DNA from: an uncultured Bacteriovoracaceae bacterium | GTDB taxonomy: Bacteria; Bdellovibrionota; Bacteriovoracia; Bacteriovoracales; Bacteriovoracaceae | NCBI GenBank assembly: GCA_937930825.1 | Contig: CALHBL010000147.1 | Location: forward strand, 964-64,963 | DNA length: 64,000 bases | Reading direction: 5' to 3' | Part shown: positions 18,931-28,446 of the stretch, piece after piece | Numbering within the stretch: the stretch's first letter is position 1 | How the letters are laid out: the number at the start of each line of letters is the position of its first letter | Notes under the pieces: model-generated | The model's database searches: none | Told to the model about the DNA's origin: nothing | What the model saw: the letters and a program-made list of their open reading frames with translations, nothing else | Program-made: the position numbers and the translations under genes

Positions 18931-20034
18931 TTACTGCTTATTCCTATCTCTAATTTTCAAAAAAGGTTTCTCTACAAATATATAGAATAGATAAGCTATA
19001 GCAAAGCTAAGCGGAAAAATAAGAACCCACACAGGCCAGAGACTACCTGCGAGAGTTGTCTGATTTACGGCCTTCAATAATATGCTGATAGCAAAACCGT
19101 GAGATAAATAAAGTGAATAACTCAAAATACTGAATTGAGTTATATAAGGGATACGAATTTTTGATAATAGAGATCTTTCAGAAAATACAGAAATCAATAA
19201 AGCTCCAAAGCTTAAAGCATACCCAGAAAAAGAGTAAGTACTTGCAAAGAAATATACCCGTTTCCACGAAAAAAGAGATACCAGTACAAAGAGAATAATA
19301 GAGAACACAAGAAAGAAGTTTGATTTCTTGTTCATCTTACCCCACAGTAAGGGGCGAAAAAATCTAATATAAGCAATAGCTGTCCCAATCGCTATCCCGT
19401 CTAGTCTATTATAGGTAGGAAAGAATATATATTTAAAATAGACATCGAATCCTTTTGAGTAGTTTGTATTATAAATTAAATCAGGCCTATATTCTGACCA
19501 AATAAGATATCTTAATAGAATAGTTCCAATGATCAGAACTCCTATCAGCAATAAGTAGGAGTCTAATTTTTTAAATTTTTGCAAAAGATAGATGACTAAT
19601 GGGAATAATAGATAGAAGTGTTCTTCTACGCACAATGACCAAGAATGCGTGAAGTAATATAATCCCCCAATATTTTGTAGAAAGAATAGAAATCTCCAAT
19701 CGTATTTATCTGCGCCATTCAAGAAGATATGAATGAGCAAAACAAAGAAGTACAGAGGAAGGGTTCTATAGAATCTCCTTGAAAAAAAATCCGAGATGTT
19801 GAAGTTCTTATCATTTGCTAAACGAGAGAAGACTTGTCCACCGATAAGAAAGCCACTCAAGACGAAGAATATATCGACACCCAAATTTCCATAATGGCTT
19901 AAAGCTCTAAGAATTAAGTTCTCAGCATTTCGAGGGTAGTGATAGAGGATCACAGAAACTATCGCCAATACTCGGATAAGATCTAATCCATAGTGCCTAT
20001 CTTTACCATCATCAATTTTGAAGTAACTTCTCAC
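18931..20034 (-). CDS. Acyltransferase family 3 (OafA/YrhL-like) membrane protein
   Basis: YGLDLIRVLAIVSVILYHY N-terminus and ~10 TM helices, typical of acyltransferase_3. GTG start with GGTGAG SD. Confidence 0.8.
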   Translation of the reverse strand: MRSYFKIDDGKDRHYGLDLIRVLAIVSVILYHYPRNAENLILRALSHYGNLGVDIFFVLSGFLIGGQVFSRLANDKNFNISDFFSRRFYRTLPLYFFVLLIHIFLNGADKYDWRFLFFLQNIGGLYYFTHSWSLCVEEHFYLLFPLVIYLLQKFKKLDSYLLLIGVLIIGTILLRYLIWSEYRPDLIYNTNYSKGFDVYFKYIFFPTYNRLDGIAIGTAIAYIRFFRPLLWGKMNKKSNFFLVFSIILFVLVSLFSWKRVYFFASTYSFSGYALSFGALLISVFSERSLLSKIRIPYITQFSILSYSLYLSHGFAISILLKAVNQTTLAGSLWPVWVLIFPLSFAIAYLFYIFVEKPFLKIRDRNKQ

Positions 20035-20204
20035 GACAACTCACCAGCTATAGATTTCCATACTTTTATATTCTAACCTCATTGTAATTTTGGTCAATCA
20101 ACACTTAATAGTGAATTTAGTTCGATACTAAAGAGTAGAGAATTGGATTAAGGCTTAACGTGAAGGGTATTAGAAGAAAATAATGGCCGTTTAAATGGCC
20201 TCTA

Positions 20205-20248
20205 TGTAAAAAATCAAGAGAAGTACCAATATGGCACTTCTCTTGATT
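20205..20248 (-). terminator. Rho-independent terminator downstream of 20261-20551
   Basis: Perfect 13-bp stem AATCAAGAGAAGT/ACTTCTCTTGATT (20212-20224 / 20236-20248), followed on the minus strand by a T run. Confidence 0.75.
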
Positions 20249-20260
20249 GTATAAATTTGA

Positions 20261-20551
20261 TTAACTTGCTTTCTTAGGTCCTGTAACTGCATTCTTAATA
20301 AGGCCAACTACAACCATAAGAATACTTCCACCAATACCACTTCCAGCAATACTAGTAATCATACTACCAGCGTCAGCGCCCATTCCAGCTGCAGATCCGC
20401 CCATAACACTTGAAAGAAGTTGACTTCCAACACCACCACCAGCAACACCAGCTACAATATTGCCAAGCATACCTAAGCTAAATTTTGGCATCGCTTTACC
20501 AGCTCCCATTCCGCCAACTGCACCACTAATTAATTGAATAACTAAGTCCAT
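20261..20551 (-). CDS. Small Gly/Ala-rich (glycine-zipper) membrane protein
   Basis: 96 aa with repeated GxxxG-type stretches (GAVGGMGAG, AGVAGGGVG, GSGIGGS). Has its own terminator. Confidence 0.55.
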   Translation of the reverse strand: MDLVIQLISGAVGGMGAGKAMPKFSLGMLGNIVAGVAGGGVGSQLLSSVMGGSAAGMGADAGSMITSIAGSGIGGSILMVVVGLIKNAVTGPKKAS

Positions 20552-20751
20552 AAAATCTCTCCTAAGTTAAGATTGTACTAGTCAAGTAATATCCTCACCT
20601 TACTCATATTGCCTTGCCTTTGTCTAATTAAGTAACCAGTAATACGCAACCATGCATTAAATACTTACTCTCTCCGATAACGCAAGGCAGTTAAACAAGG
20701 GCAAATAATTCCATTCCAAGTGAGATTCTGAGAGCTCGCTATAATCATTAC

Positions 20752-21633
20752 ATGGGTAATGCACTGTCAATTTTTTTTGTCTTTCTAAGTCTCCTCAGAG
20801 CTTCGCAAGCAACAATAGATGTTGAGTTCGAGACTAGAGTAAATCTTAGTGAGTTATCACAAAAGCATGAAGACCTCTCTAGGTCTATAGCTGCGATGAT
20901 TCCAAAAAAATGGTTTATAAAGACAAAGATAAAAGATAAATACCTACTAACCTATAAGAATCTCAAGTCAGAGAAGAACTTTTGTAATGGTGAAAAGTTT
21001 TTAGAGCAGCCCTCAATAGCAAAGTGCACGGGATCACTCATCTCAGATACACGAATCCTCACAGCAGGACATTGCCTGGATCAGGCCGACTTACAAAAAA
21101 GCTGTGATGACTACTTCTGGGTTTTTGACTATAAAAAGGATTTCTTTAGTCAAACTGCTGCCTTTCCTGGAAAAGCTGAAACCCTTTACAGCAAGAATCT
21201 ACTTACTTTAGGTAAGGAGATTTTTGAATGTCAGACCGTTCTTTCTTCGAGCTATAGCAAGAACAAGCTGGACTTTGCTGTATTAAAGCTTAAACAGAAA
21301 CCAAATAGAAAAGAAATTATCATTGAAAGAGATGACAAGGCATCGGTCAGTCAAGTTAGCCTTGGTTTTCCCAATGGAGTACCGATGATGGGAAATAGGG
21401 GAGCTCTCTACCTTAGCAAGAAGAGAAACCTGGCCTATAATAATATGTATGCTCCGATAGGAAGCTCAGGAAGCCCAGTCTTTAACAGAGAGGGAAGCTT
21501 CTTAGGTATGATAATCTCATCCACTTATGAACAAGTTTCAGATGGAGAATGCTTATCTGAATCTACTTTTGAAAACAAAGTGCCTCTAACACTCTATAAG
21601 AAAAGTTCACTTATTCACAAACTTCTAAACTAA
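20752..21633 (+). CDS. Secreted trypsin-like (S1 family) serine protease
   Basis: Signal peptide, His motif LTAGHC, Asp region DFAVLKL, Ser motif GSSGSPVF. Confidence 0.85.
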   Translation: MGNALSIFFVFLSLLRASQATIDVEFETRVNLSELSQKHEDLSRSIAAMIPKKWFIKTKIKDKYLLTYKNLKSEKNFCNGEKFLEQPSIAKCTGSLISDTRILTAGHCLDQADLQKSCDDYFWVFDYKKDFFSQTAAFPGKAETLYSKNLLTLGKEIFECQTVLSSSYSKNKLDFAVLKLKQKPNRKEIIIERDDKASVSQVSLGFPNGVPMMGNRGALYLSKKRNLAYNNMYAPIGSSGSPVFNREGSFLGMIISSTYEQVSDGECLSESTFENKVPLTLYKKSSLIHKLLN

Positions 21634-21644
21634 GCAAAAAAAAA

Positions 21645-21661
21645 GGAGGCTTAGAGCCTCC
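21645..21661. terminator. Bidirectional terminator hairpin between convergent genes
   Basis: GGAGGCT-tag-AGCCTCC, flanked by an A run upstream and T/A runs downstream. Confidence 0.7.
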
Positions 21662-21688
21662 CTTCATTTAAAAAAAATTAATAGCTTC

Positions 21689-22744
21689 TTATAGGTTTAC
21701 GTTAAGAGCTTTAAGAGTTTCTAAAGTTAAACCACCTTGAGCAAGGTTGTTTTTACTTTGAAATTTCTTGATAGCTACAGCAGTATCTTTACCTAAACGA
21801 CCATCAAAACTTCCTGGGTTGTAACCAGAAGCTTTAAGTGCTCTTTGAACTTGAGAAATATTTCCTCTAGTTGCGTTTGTGTTACAAAGAATTTGTGCCC
21901 ACTTACTTTGAGGAGCTTCAACAAGCTTCTGCTTCTTAATTGTCTTAAATTTAGCAGGAGATGAGAAAGCAACTTTTCTAGCTGGCTCAACAATCTCTTT
22001 AACTTTGATTGTTTTTGTTTTTGCAGGAATTACTACTTCATTGAAGGTAGCAGGTGTTGCAACAATTCTCTTCTTAACAACTTGGTACTGAGCTGGGATT
22101 ACTTTTTCAACTGTTTTTCCTTCAGTAACAAGAACTTTCTTTTTGATTGTTCTGTATTTTGCAGGAACCTTAACCTTACAAAGAATACCGTTTTCGTTTG
22201 CATGAGTACCTTCTCCTCTCTTCCATACTTCTGTCTCTGGAGAAACCATTACTTTTTCAGAAACAAATCCGTACTTAGGAGCAACACTCATTAGAGTTGT
22301 AGACTCATCACTTACTTTAACTTTTTCAGTAACAGTTTTGTAAGTTGCTGGAACAGCTACTAATCTCTTACTTTCTTCACTTACAGTAAGAGTTTTTGTT
22401 GCCCACTTGTACTTAGCTGGAACAGTTTTATAGCTAGTCATTTCTGGCTGAACCATAACTTTTTCAGTGCTGTACTTGTAAACTGCAGGAGTCATTACTT
22501 TAGTAAAACACTGACCTGCTTTAGCATTACTTGGAGCTTCATCACTCATGTCCATGCTCATTGAGTTGTTACTTACTGGTCTGAAAGCAGAAGTGTTAAC
22601 TAACTCATCTTTTTCCTGAGCGTAAGCAGCTTTTGCTTCTGCAGCAGCTTCTTCCATAGATACAACTTGCTCATCAACACCATTATCAGTACTCGCACAT
22701 GAGCCTAATAAAAGAGCTGCAATTAAAATTAATCCGTTCTTCAT
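21689..22744 (-). CDS. Lipoprotein with eight ~18-aa tandem repeats and a C-terminal peptidoglycan-binding (PG_binding_1-like) domain
   Basis: Lipobox LLGSC. Repeats of the type (V/I)PA(K/x)Y(K/x)T(V/I)xxKVxVxxE. The C-terminus QVQRALKASGYNPGSFDGRLGKDTAVAIKKFQ is typical of PG_binding_1. Confidence 0.75.
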   Translation of the reverse strand: MKNGLILIAALLLGSCASTDNGVDEQVVSMEEAAAEAKAAYAQEKDELVNTSAFRPVSNNSMSMDMSDEAPSNAKAGQCFTKVMTPAVYKYSTEKVMVQPEMTSYKTVPAKYKWATKTLTVSEESKRLVAVPATYKTVTEKVKVSDESTTLMSVAPKYGFVSEKVMVSPETEVWKRGEGTHANENGILCKVKVPAKYRTIKKKVLVTEGKTVEKVIPAQYQVVKKRIVATPATFNEVVIPAKTKTIKVKEIVEPARKVAFSSPAKFKTIKKQKLVEAPQSKWAQILCNTNATRGNISQVQRALKASGYNPGSFDGRLGKDTAVAIKKFQSKNNLAQGGLTLETLKALNVNL

Positions 22745-23162
22745 AATTAATCCTCCCTTAAGAATTAAATTTTTTATTTACCTACGTAAAAAGTAGTAAT
22801 AATTTTGCTTGAGGATTTTAAGTAGCTTGCTGGTTGCGCTTTGTCAATCAAAGTCAGGATATCTGCGCGCTAAAAAAGTTGGCTAACATCTTAGATATGC
22901 GGAAAAAAAGAGAAACTTAGCTCTAACGTGCCTTTAAATGGCTAGTTAAGCTGAACCAACTTAAAAGTGATTATTTCTTTACATTTAAGTAATACTTAAT
23001 AAAAAAGAACCTATATAAGATAGGTTTAGCAGTCACTAAAGTCAATGACTACAGCTTTATCTTAGCTGAGTTACAGTCATTTTAAATAGTTGGAAGTTTT
23101 GAGGTTACTCCTGTGTCCTAATTATTTTTAACAGAAGTAACCTATCACTAAGGAAATCGCTA

Positions 23163-23630
23163 CTAGCTTGCGTTTTTAGAATTTCTTAAATTATCTTTTT
23201 CATGAATACTCTTAAGCAGCTCATTAAAAGACACCTCTAACTCTTTAAAGTCATCATACTCTCGAAAGTTCACAGTTCGATCAAATTCACCTGTTTCTTT
23301 GATTTCATCAATTACATTAATAAGCTTATAGATAGGCCCTGATGCTTTATGAGTAACTCTCACTGCAATATACCCCATCACAGCAACAAAGGAGACAAGT
23401 GCTAGCCCCAGCTTAATACCTGCACTTTGAAGGGTTGCATTCAAATTAGAGATAAGCTCTGGTGTATGTTGATGATATTGGTTTAGGAAAGTAACCATCA
23501 CATCGCGAAATACAAAGTAAGATAAGGCCCCAATTGCTAAGGACGTAAAGAACGCAAAGCCTGCAGTCATTACAACATACTTATACTGAAATTTTGGGTT
23601 CACTAAAATCTGTGATCTGTTATTTTTCAC
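23163..23630 (-). CDS. Small two-TM protein with a HAMP-like domain
   Basis: Two TM helices, then ASGPIYKLINVIDEIKETGEFDRTVNFREYDDFKELEVSFNELL (HAMP-like). The GTG start overlaps the stop of the upstream ORF (GTGA). Confidence 0.6.
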   Translation of the reverse strand: MKNNRSQILVNPKFQYKYVVMTAGFAFFTSLAIGALSYFVFRDVMVTFLNQYHQHTPELISNLNATLQSAGIKLGLALVSFVAVMGYIAVRVTHKASGPIYKLINVIDEIKETGEFDRTVNFREYDDFKELEVSFNELLKSIHEKDNLRNSKNAS

Positions 23631-26600
23631 TGCTCACTCCCTTTATATTCTATGCTGTTGATTTGAAAATAGTCTTTATTCAATCTTAAAAATAAGTATG
23701 GTGTGAAATCTAGTGCCTGTGACACCTCTTCTCCGCCAATAATACTTTTCATCGACCTCTCTAGTACGTCACTATTTGAATCACTTTCACTTAAGGTTAT
23801 TTTAGTATCTTCCAAATCGACCTGGATAGATAAGTCGTATTTAGTTTCTTTTTTAAGTATAACCGACTGACCATAGGTCCAACCTGAATAAGGTGTATAG
23901 GCCTGAATATCTGCCTTAATCGTATCGTTATGAGGGTAGACCCTAAGGGCTAATCTTCGATAAGTTCTGTGTCCACTCGAAGCACCACTTGAGGTGTTTC
24001 CATAACCTGTTACACCAAGAATAACTCGTGACCCGGCCATTAACTCATCCCTAGTAGTAAAACTAATTTTTACAGGTTCAGAATCCTTTCTTTCTATTGG
24101 TCTAGTACAAGAAAAGCCATCCCAGTAGCGAGCACTGTCTGACTTTATAAGATACATATTATCTTTTTCTTCGTAGAAAGTACTCGATAAGTTATAGAAG
24201 CATCCGAAGCGGTCTTCTCCTAAGTCCTTATTGGCAATTATATTTTGATCAGTTCCGTCGCTAACTACGTCAGCAAATTGTCCAGGATCAAAAGTTGGAC
24301 CCATATAGTTTAAGTCATTTCCATAAGTGGGAATATAGTGACTCAAGTCAGGAGAATCCGGTATATTTAGCTTTAAGTCTTTGATATTTCCTTCGCCATT
24401 CTTTATCCATGTAACAAATCTTGCATCCCAGTCGCTAAGGAAGAAAACAGATTGTGGTTTAGAGGGTTTTTCACTTCCTTCTTTCCAAATTGTCAGATGG
24501 CTTCCGGCCTGAGAAAGAAAGTATTCAACATTATACCACTGGTTATCTTCGTAAGGTGCTACTTTATGTCCTGAATAGCCATGGATGCCAGAACCGTATG
24601 TCTCAGCGTAGATATCATTTTCCCAAAAACGTAAGACATGCCTTCTATATTTTCTATAGACAGGATCATGTCGAGAAGACCCGTGTAATCCAAAAGTCAT
24701 ACCTGTATAAGGTGTCCCTTCGGCATTCTTTGCTAAAACTTTTAAAGATACAGTAGTTCCTCTTTCTCTAAAAAGAATACTTCTATGCGAGTAGTGTACG
24801 GCATAATTTCTTTCGTTACCTCTTAGTTTGTAAATATTCGAGGATTCATCATAACTTGTGCAGTTATGCTCATCTTGACCAGAGTCAACAACAGTCTCTA
24901 TTGACTCTTCCCCAAATATCAATTTTTCTGAAGTAACAAATGTTTTCTCATCATTTCCTAGAGCATATGTATCAGCTACAGAACTACTTGAGACATCATA
25001 GTAATTTAGATCCGAAATAGTGGCCTTTCCTCTATATATCCACGAGGCGAGGCTTAGCTTCTTAGCTTGATTATTTTTTAGAACATGAACAGGTTCACTC
25101 GGCATGGCTTCACCAACTGGCCAAAACCATAGAGCATACCCATCTTGATAGGGTTCTATCTTTAATGAGTACTCATTTGCACCAATATCATAGTTCTTTT
25201 TTAAGGGGTAGTTCTGTGGCCAATAGCTGGCCAGTTCCCCCTTGGTAGCGATTCTCCAAGATCTCCATGTAAAAGGTCTGAAAGCTCTCATTTGAACATA
25301 AGAAGTGTTCTTTCTAAAAACATTTCCATATCTGAGATAGACATTTTTAGAATCTCTACCCTCTAAAGCTACAATCATAATTGGGTCTAGCTCTGGATTA
25401 TGAAATTTAACTTTTAAAGATACGCCTTTATGAATTCCTTCATCTTCGTTCAGTACACTTTGGCCTTTAAACTTCATATACCTTGTGCCATTACTTTTCA
25501 TCGTTATGACATTGCCATTTTCATAAACATAATGGTCATCAACTGCAGCATTTTTTTCTGCAGTATTTCGATAACTAACAAGGTGAGATTTTTGAGGCGC
25601 AGCTATAAACTCAGTTTTGTACGTTTTGATATCTTCCTTATGATTTTGAATAAAAGCTTGAAAGCCACCCGCCGACAAATCAAGGCCTTCAACCTGATTA
25701 CCTTCAAAAACCTCCTGCTTTAGATCTACTACAGATCCTCTATAGATCATAAACCTGCTATAGACTTCCCAGTCATCAGATATAAATAACTGAGAAGGGG
25801 ACTCGGGCCTCTCTTCCCCGTCTTTATATATAAAGACCGCATTACCACCATTTTCAAAAATTAAAAATTCTACATTATAAGCCGTGTCAGGCTCTAGGTT
25901 ATTATTAAGCCTTCTACTCTCAACTCTCTCTTCAGCACTCAAGACAGGGTCTATAACATAGTTCCAAAAGTTGACATGCCTTTGATTTAAAATAATATCG
26001 TGGTATCTGAGATTTTTAGATTGGTTTCTTCCATGTAGTCTAAACCTAGCATGAAATTTCTCTAGCGATGTTGTCTTAAACTTCCATCGAATTAATTTCC
26101 CTGTATCTCTTTTAAGCTTGAAGTTTCCCCCAAAAATGGACCCTGAATATTCGTAGAAGGAACCATCAAATCGATTCTCATCTGCATCGAATCCATAATT
26201 TGTTTTGTAAAAAGTTGACCTATGACCTTCATTATTTTGATAAAAGTTCCAACTAGGCTTTAAGTCTATTTCCTTTGTAACAAGAGTCTTAACCTTTGCA
26301 TCAGTTTCATAATCTTCAATCTCATCCTCTATCATCGCTGCAGAATCAGACCCATTCTTTTCACTGACATTTACATCCGTTAAATATACTTTTCCTTTTT
26401 TAATTTCACCAGTAAATCTAAAAATGGCTTTCTTATCATCTTCTTCTATTGGCAGATAAATCACATGATTAGGATTCCATTTTTCATATGTTTCATGCGA
26501 AAAGAATAGCGCTATCGCATTCTTATAGAATAAGAAGTTTACTTTATAAGACTCACCTTCAAGAAAACCATTTTGAATTCTTTTAACAAAACTGCCATGT

Positions 26601-27067
26601 GGACCTTTGAAGTAAACTTCAGTTCGGCCTCTTCTAGACCTTACACAGTAAACAAAGTCTCTTTCCCGTGCATCCTTACCATCAACACACCACCTAAAGT
26701 ATGTATTGATACTTGGATCCTCTACCTTAACTTTCCCAAAAATACTAAATCCACTTTTGATACTCCAGCCTTCTCCATCCTCATGACTCTGAAATGAATT
26801 TGGTATATCTTCAGTTTCTGTATCGCCATCAATGACATAGGATGAGCCTGTCTCCAAAGGTATAGTTACAGTGGCACTTCCATACTCCCACCCATCCCTG
26901 GTGTCCTCTATCTCGCCAGGTGGTTCAGTAATAGGCGTATTTTCACCATCTCCAAGCGAGCTTAGGTTGCCATCTTCAGTAGCTGGACCTTCGATAATTT
27001 CTTGAGTTGATTTCAAATCACATGCAGTCATAAAGATGAAAGTGAGCAAGAGTAGAGTTTTTATCAT
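23627..27067 (-). CDS. Large lipoprotein (1146 aa) built of five homologous ~220-aa beta-rich modules (concanavalin/LamG-like by pattern)
   Basis: Lipobox FMTAC. Recurrent module ends YKVNFLFYKNAIALFF / YNVEFLIFENGGNAVFIYKDGEERPESP / YSLKIEPYQDGYALWFWPVGEAMPSEP / YNVEYFLSQAGSHLTIWKEGSEKPSKP / YDLSIQVDLEDTKITL. Confidence 0.6.
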   Translation of the reverse strand: MIKTLLLLTFIFMTACDLKSTQEIIEGPATEDGNLSSLGDGENTPITEPPGEIEDTRDGWEYGSATVTIPLETGSSYVIDGDTETEDIPNSFQSHEDGEGWSIKSGFSIFGKVKVEDPSINTYFRWCVDGKDARERDFVYCVRSRRGRTEVYFKGPHGSFVKRIQNGFLEGESYKVNFLFYKNAIALFFSHETYEKWNPNHVIYLPIEEDDKKAIFRFTGEIKKGKVYLTDVNVSEKNGSDSAAMIEDEIEDYETDAKVKTLVTKEIDLKPSWNFYQNNEGHRSTFYKTNYGFDADENRFDGSFYEYSGSIFGGNFKLKRDTGKLIRWKFKTTSLEKFHARFRLHGRNQSKNLRYHDIILNQRHVNFWNYVIDPVLSAEERVESRRLNNNLEPDTAYNVEFLIFENGGNAVFIYKDGEERPESPSQLFISDDWEVYSRFMIYRGSVVDLKQEVFEGNQVEGLDLSAGGFQAFIQNHKEDIKTYKTEFIAAPQKSHLVSYRNTAEKNAAVDDHYVYENGNVITMKSNGTRYMKFKGQSVLNEDEGIHKGVSLKVKFHNPELDPIMIVALEGRDSKNVYLRYGNVFRKNTSYVQMRAFRPFTWRSWRIATKGELASYWPQNYPLKKNYDIGANEYSLKIEPYQDGYALWFWPVGEAMPSEPVHVLKNNQAKKLSLASWIYRGKATISDLNYYDVSSSSVADTYALGNDEKTFVTSEKLIFGEESIETVVDSGQDEHNCTSYDESSNIYKLRGNERNYAVHYSHRSILFRERGTTVSLKVLAKNAEGTPYTGMTFGLHGSSRHDPVYRKYRRHVLRFWENDIYAETYGSGIHGYSGHKVAPYEDNQWYNVEYFLSQAGSHLTIWKEGSEKPSKPQSVFFLSDWDARFVTWIKNGEGNIKDLKLNIPDSPDLSHYIPTYGNDLNYMGPTFDPGQFADVVSDGTDQNIIANKDLGEDRFGCFYNLSSTFYEEKDNMYLIKSDSARYWDGFSCTRPIERKDSEPVKISFTTRDELMAGSRVILGVTGYGNTSSGASSGHRTYRRLALRVYPHNDTIKADIQAYTPYSGWTYGQSVILKKETKYDLSIQVDLEDTKITLSESDSNSDVLERSMKSIIGGEEVSQALDFTPYLFLRLNKDYFQINSIEYKGSEQ

Positions 27068-27262
27068 TTGTGCTATCCCCTTAGGTTACTTCCAATTATC
27101 ATATCCTTAATCAAGTTCTTTACAAGTAGATATATATTTCTCTCTTCCTTCCACTAGGTTTAATTAAGTCATCATATTCTATTTAGTTTTTGCTTTTATT
27201 AATTAATTGAATTCTTTCTCAAGAGCGAATATCCTTTCTTTTTCATCAACTAGGGGTTTATT

Positions 27263-28396
27263 TTGCGAATAAATAAAAAAATATTTAGTTTTCTTCTTGT
27301 ATTAATTCTTGGGTCTCAATCAGGTTATTCTAAGGGTTTTAACGATAACGATTCATTCTACCTTTATGGCGGATTAGACCTTGGTATTAGCCAACTCGAT
27401 TCTGATATTCCTCAGGAGGCTTCATCAAAAAATGGCTTGGTCTGGGGTGGAAAACTCCTTGGTAACTATAACTATAAACACCTCTCATTTAATATGGGCT
27501 TTGGTTATTTTGATAATACATTTGAATCAGAAAGTATTAATAATAGGAAAGTACGGCTAACAACAAGTACCATTCTACTTGAGATAAACCCAATGTATCG
27601 TTTTTCAAAGAGGCACTCTTTTGGACTTGTTTGGAATCAATTTCTTAGTGAAGATCTACTAGTTGGGGCTTCAGGTATAATCACCGGTAATAATGTTCAA
27701 ACAAAAGCATCTAAAATGATTGGTCTAAATTATTACTATAATATCCCATGGAAAAAATTTAGAGTTCGAGTAGGTGCTCAACTTATGAAGCCACTAAGCA
27801 TAGGTGAGAGAAGTGGACTTATTGCTTTGTTTAATGCTCAAATCGGTTTTCCTATTTATAGAAAAACGAATGCACCTCAAAGGCACAAAAAAAGAAGAGT
27901 AACGAAAGTAAAAAGAGTAGCGCAAAAACCTGTAATGCAAGCTCCAGTAGCACAATCCACACCTGCTATAAAACAAGAAATCCCTCAAAAAATAAATGTG
28001 GTAGTAAAGAAGAAGTTTCTCAACTTTAAAAGTAATAGTTCAGAACTTGACCAAACTTCATTAAATTTTCTGTCTCGTTTAGCTGAATTTTTAAAAGAAA
28101 AGTCTCCAGACTGGACTAGGTTATCAATAAATGGACACACAGACAGTCAGGGCCCAGCTAAATATAATTTAGCCTTATCAGTAAAAAGGAGCCAATATGT
28201 TCACTCGAAGCTTATAGAATATGGCATTGCTCCTGACAAAGTAAGATTTAAAGGCCATGGCGAAAGTAAGCTAATCAATTTAAATAATTCAGCTGAAGCA
28301 CATAGAGAGAATAGAAGGGTTGAACTTAACTTTGACGGTAAAACTAATGCTGCTAGCATTCAGGAGTTTTTTGTTCAGTATAACAGAAGTAACTAA
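27263..28396 (+). CDS. OmpA-family outer membrane protein (N-terminal beta-barrel, basic/Pro-rich linker, C-terminal OmpA_C domain)
   Basis: C-terminal INGHTDSQGPAKYNLALSVKRSQYV...ENRRVEL. TTG start preceded by AGGGG. Confidence 0.85.
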   Translation: MRINKKIFSFLLVLILGSQSGYSKGFNDNDSFYLYGGLDLGISQLDSDIPQEASSKNGLVWGGKLLGNYNYKHLSFNMGFGYFDNTFESESINNRKVRLTTSTILLEINPMYRFSKRHSFGLVWNQFLSEDLLVGASGIITGNNVQTKASKMIGLNYYYNIPWKKFRVRVGAQLMKPLSIGERSGLIALFNAQIGFPIYRKTNAPQRHKKRRVTKVKRVAQKPVMQAPVAQSTPAIKQEIPQKINVVVKKKFLNFKSNSSELDQTSLNFLSRLAEFLKEKSPDWTRLSINGHTDSQGPAKYNLALSVKRSQYVHSKLIEYGIAPDKVRFKGHGESKLINLNNSAEAHRENRRVELNFDGKTNAASIQEFFVQYNRSN

Positions 28397-28410
28397 CAAG
28401 GCTTAAACTT

Positions 28411-28439
28411 GGTGCAGTCTATAAGCTATAGACTGCACC
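28411..28439. terminator. Bidirectional rho-independent terminator
   Basis: Perfect 13-bp stem GGTGCAGTCTATA-agc-TATAGACTGCACC followed by TTGCTTTTT, between convergent genes. Confidence 0.85.
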
Positions 28440-28446
28440 TTGCTTT

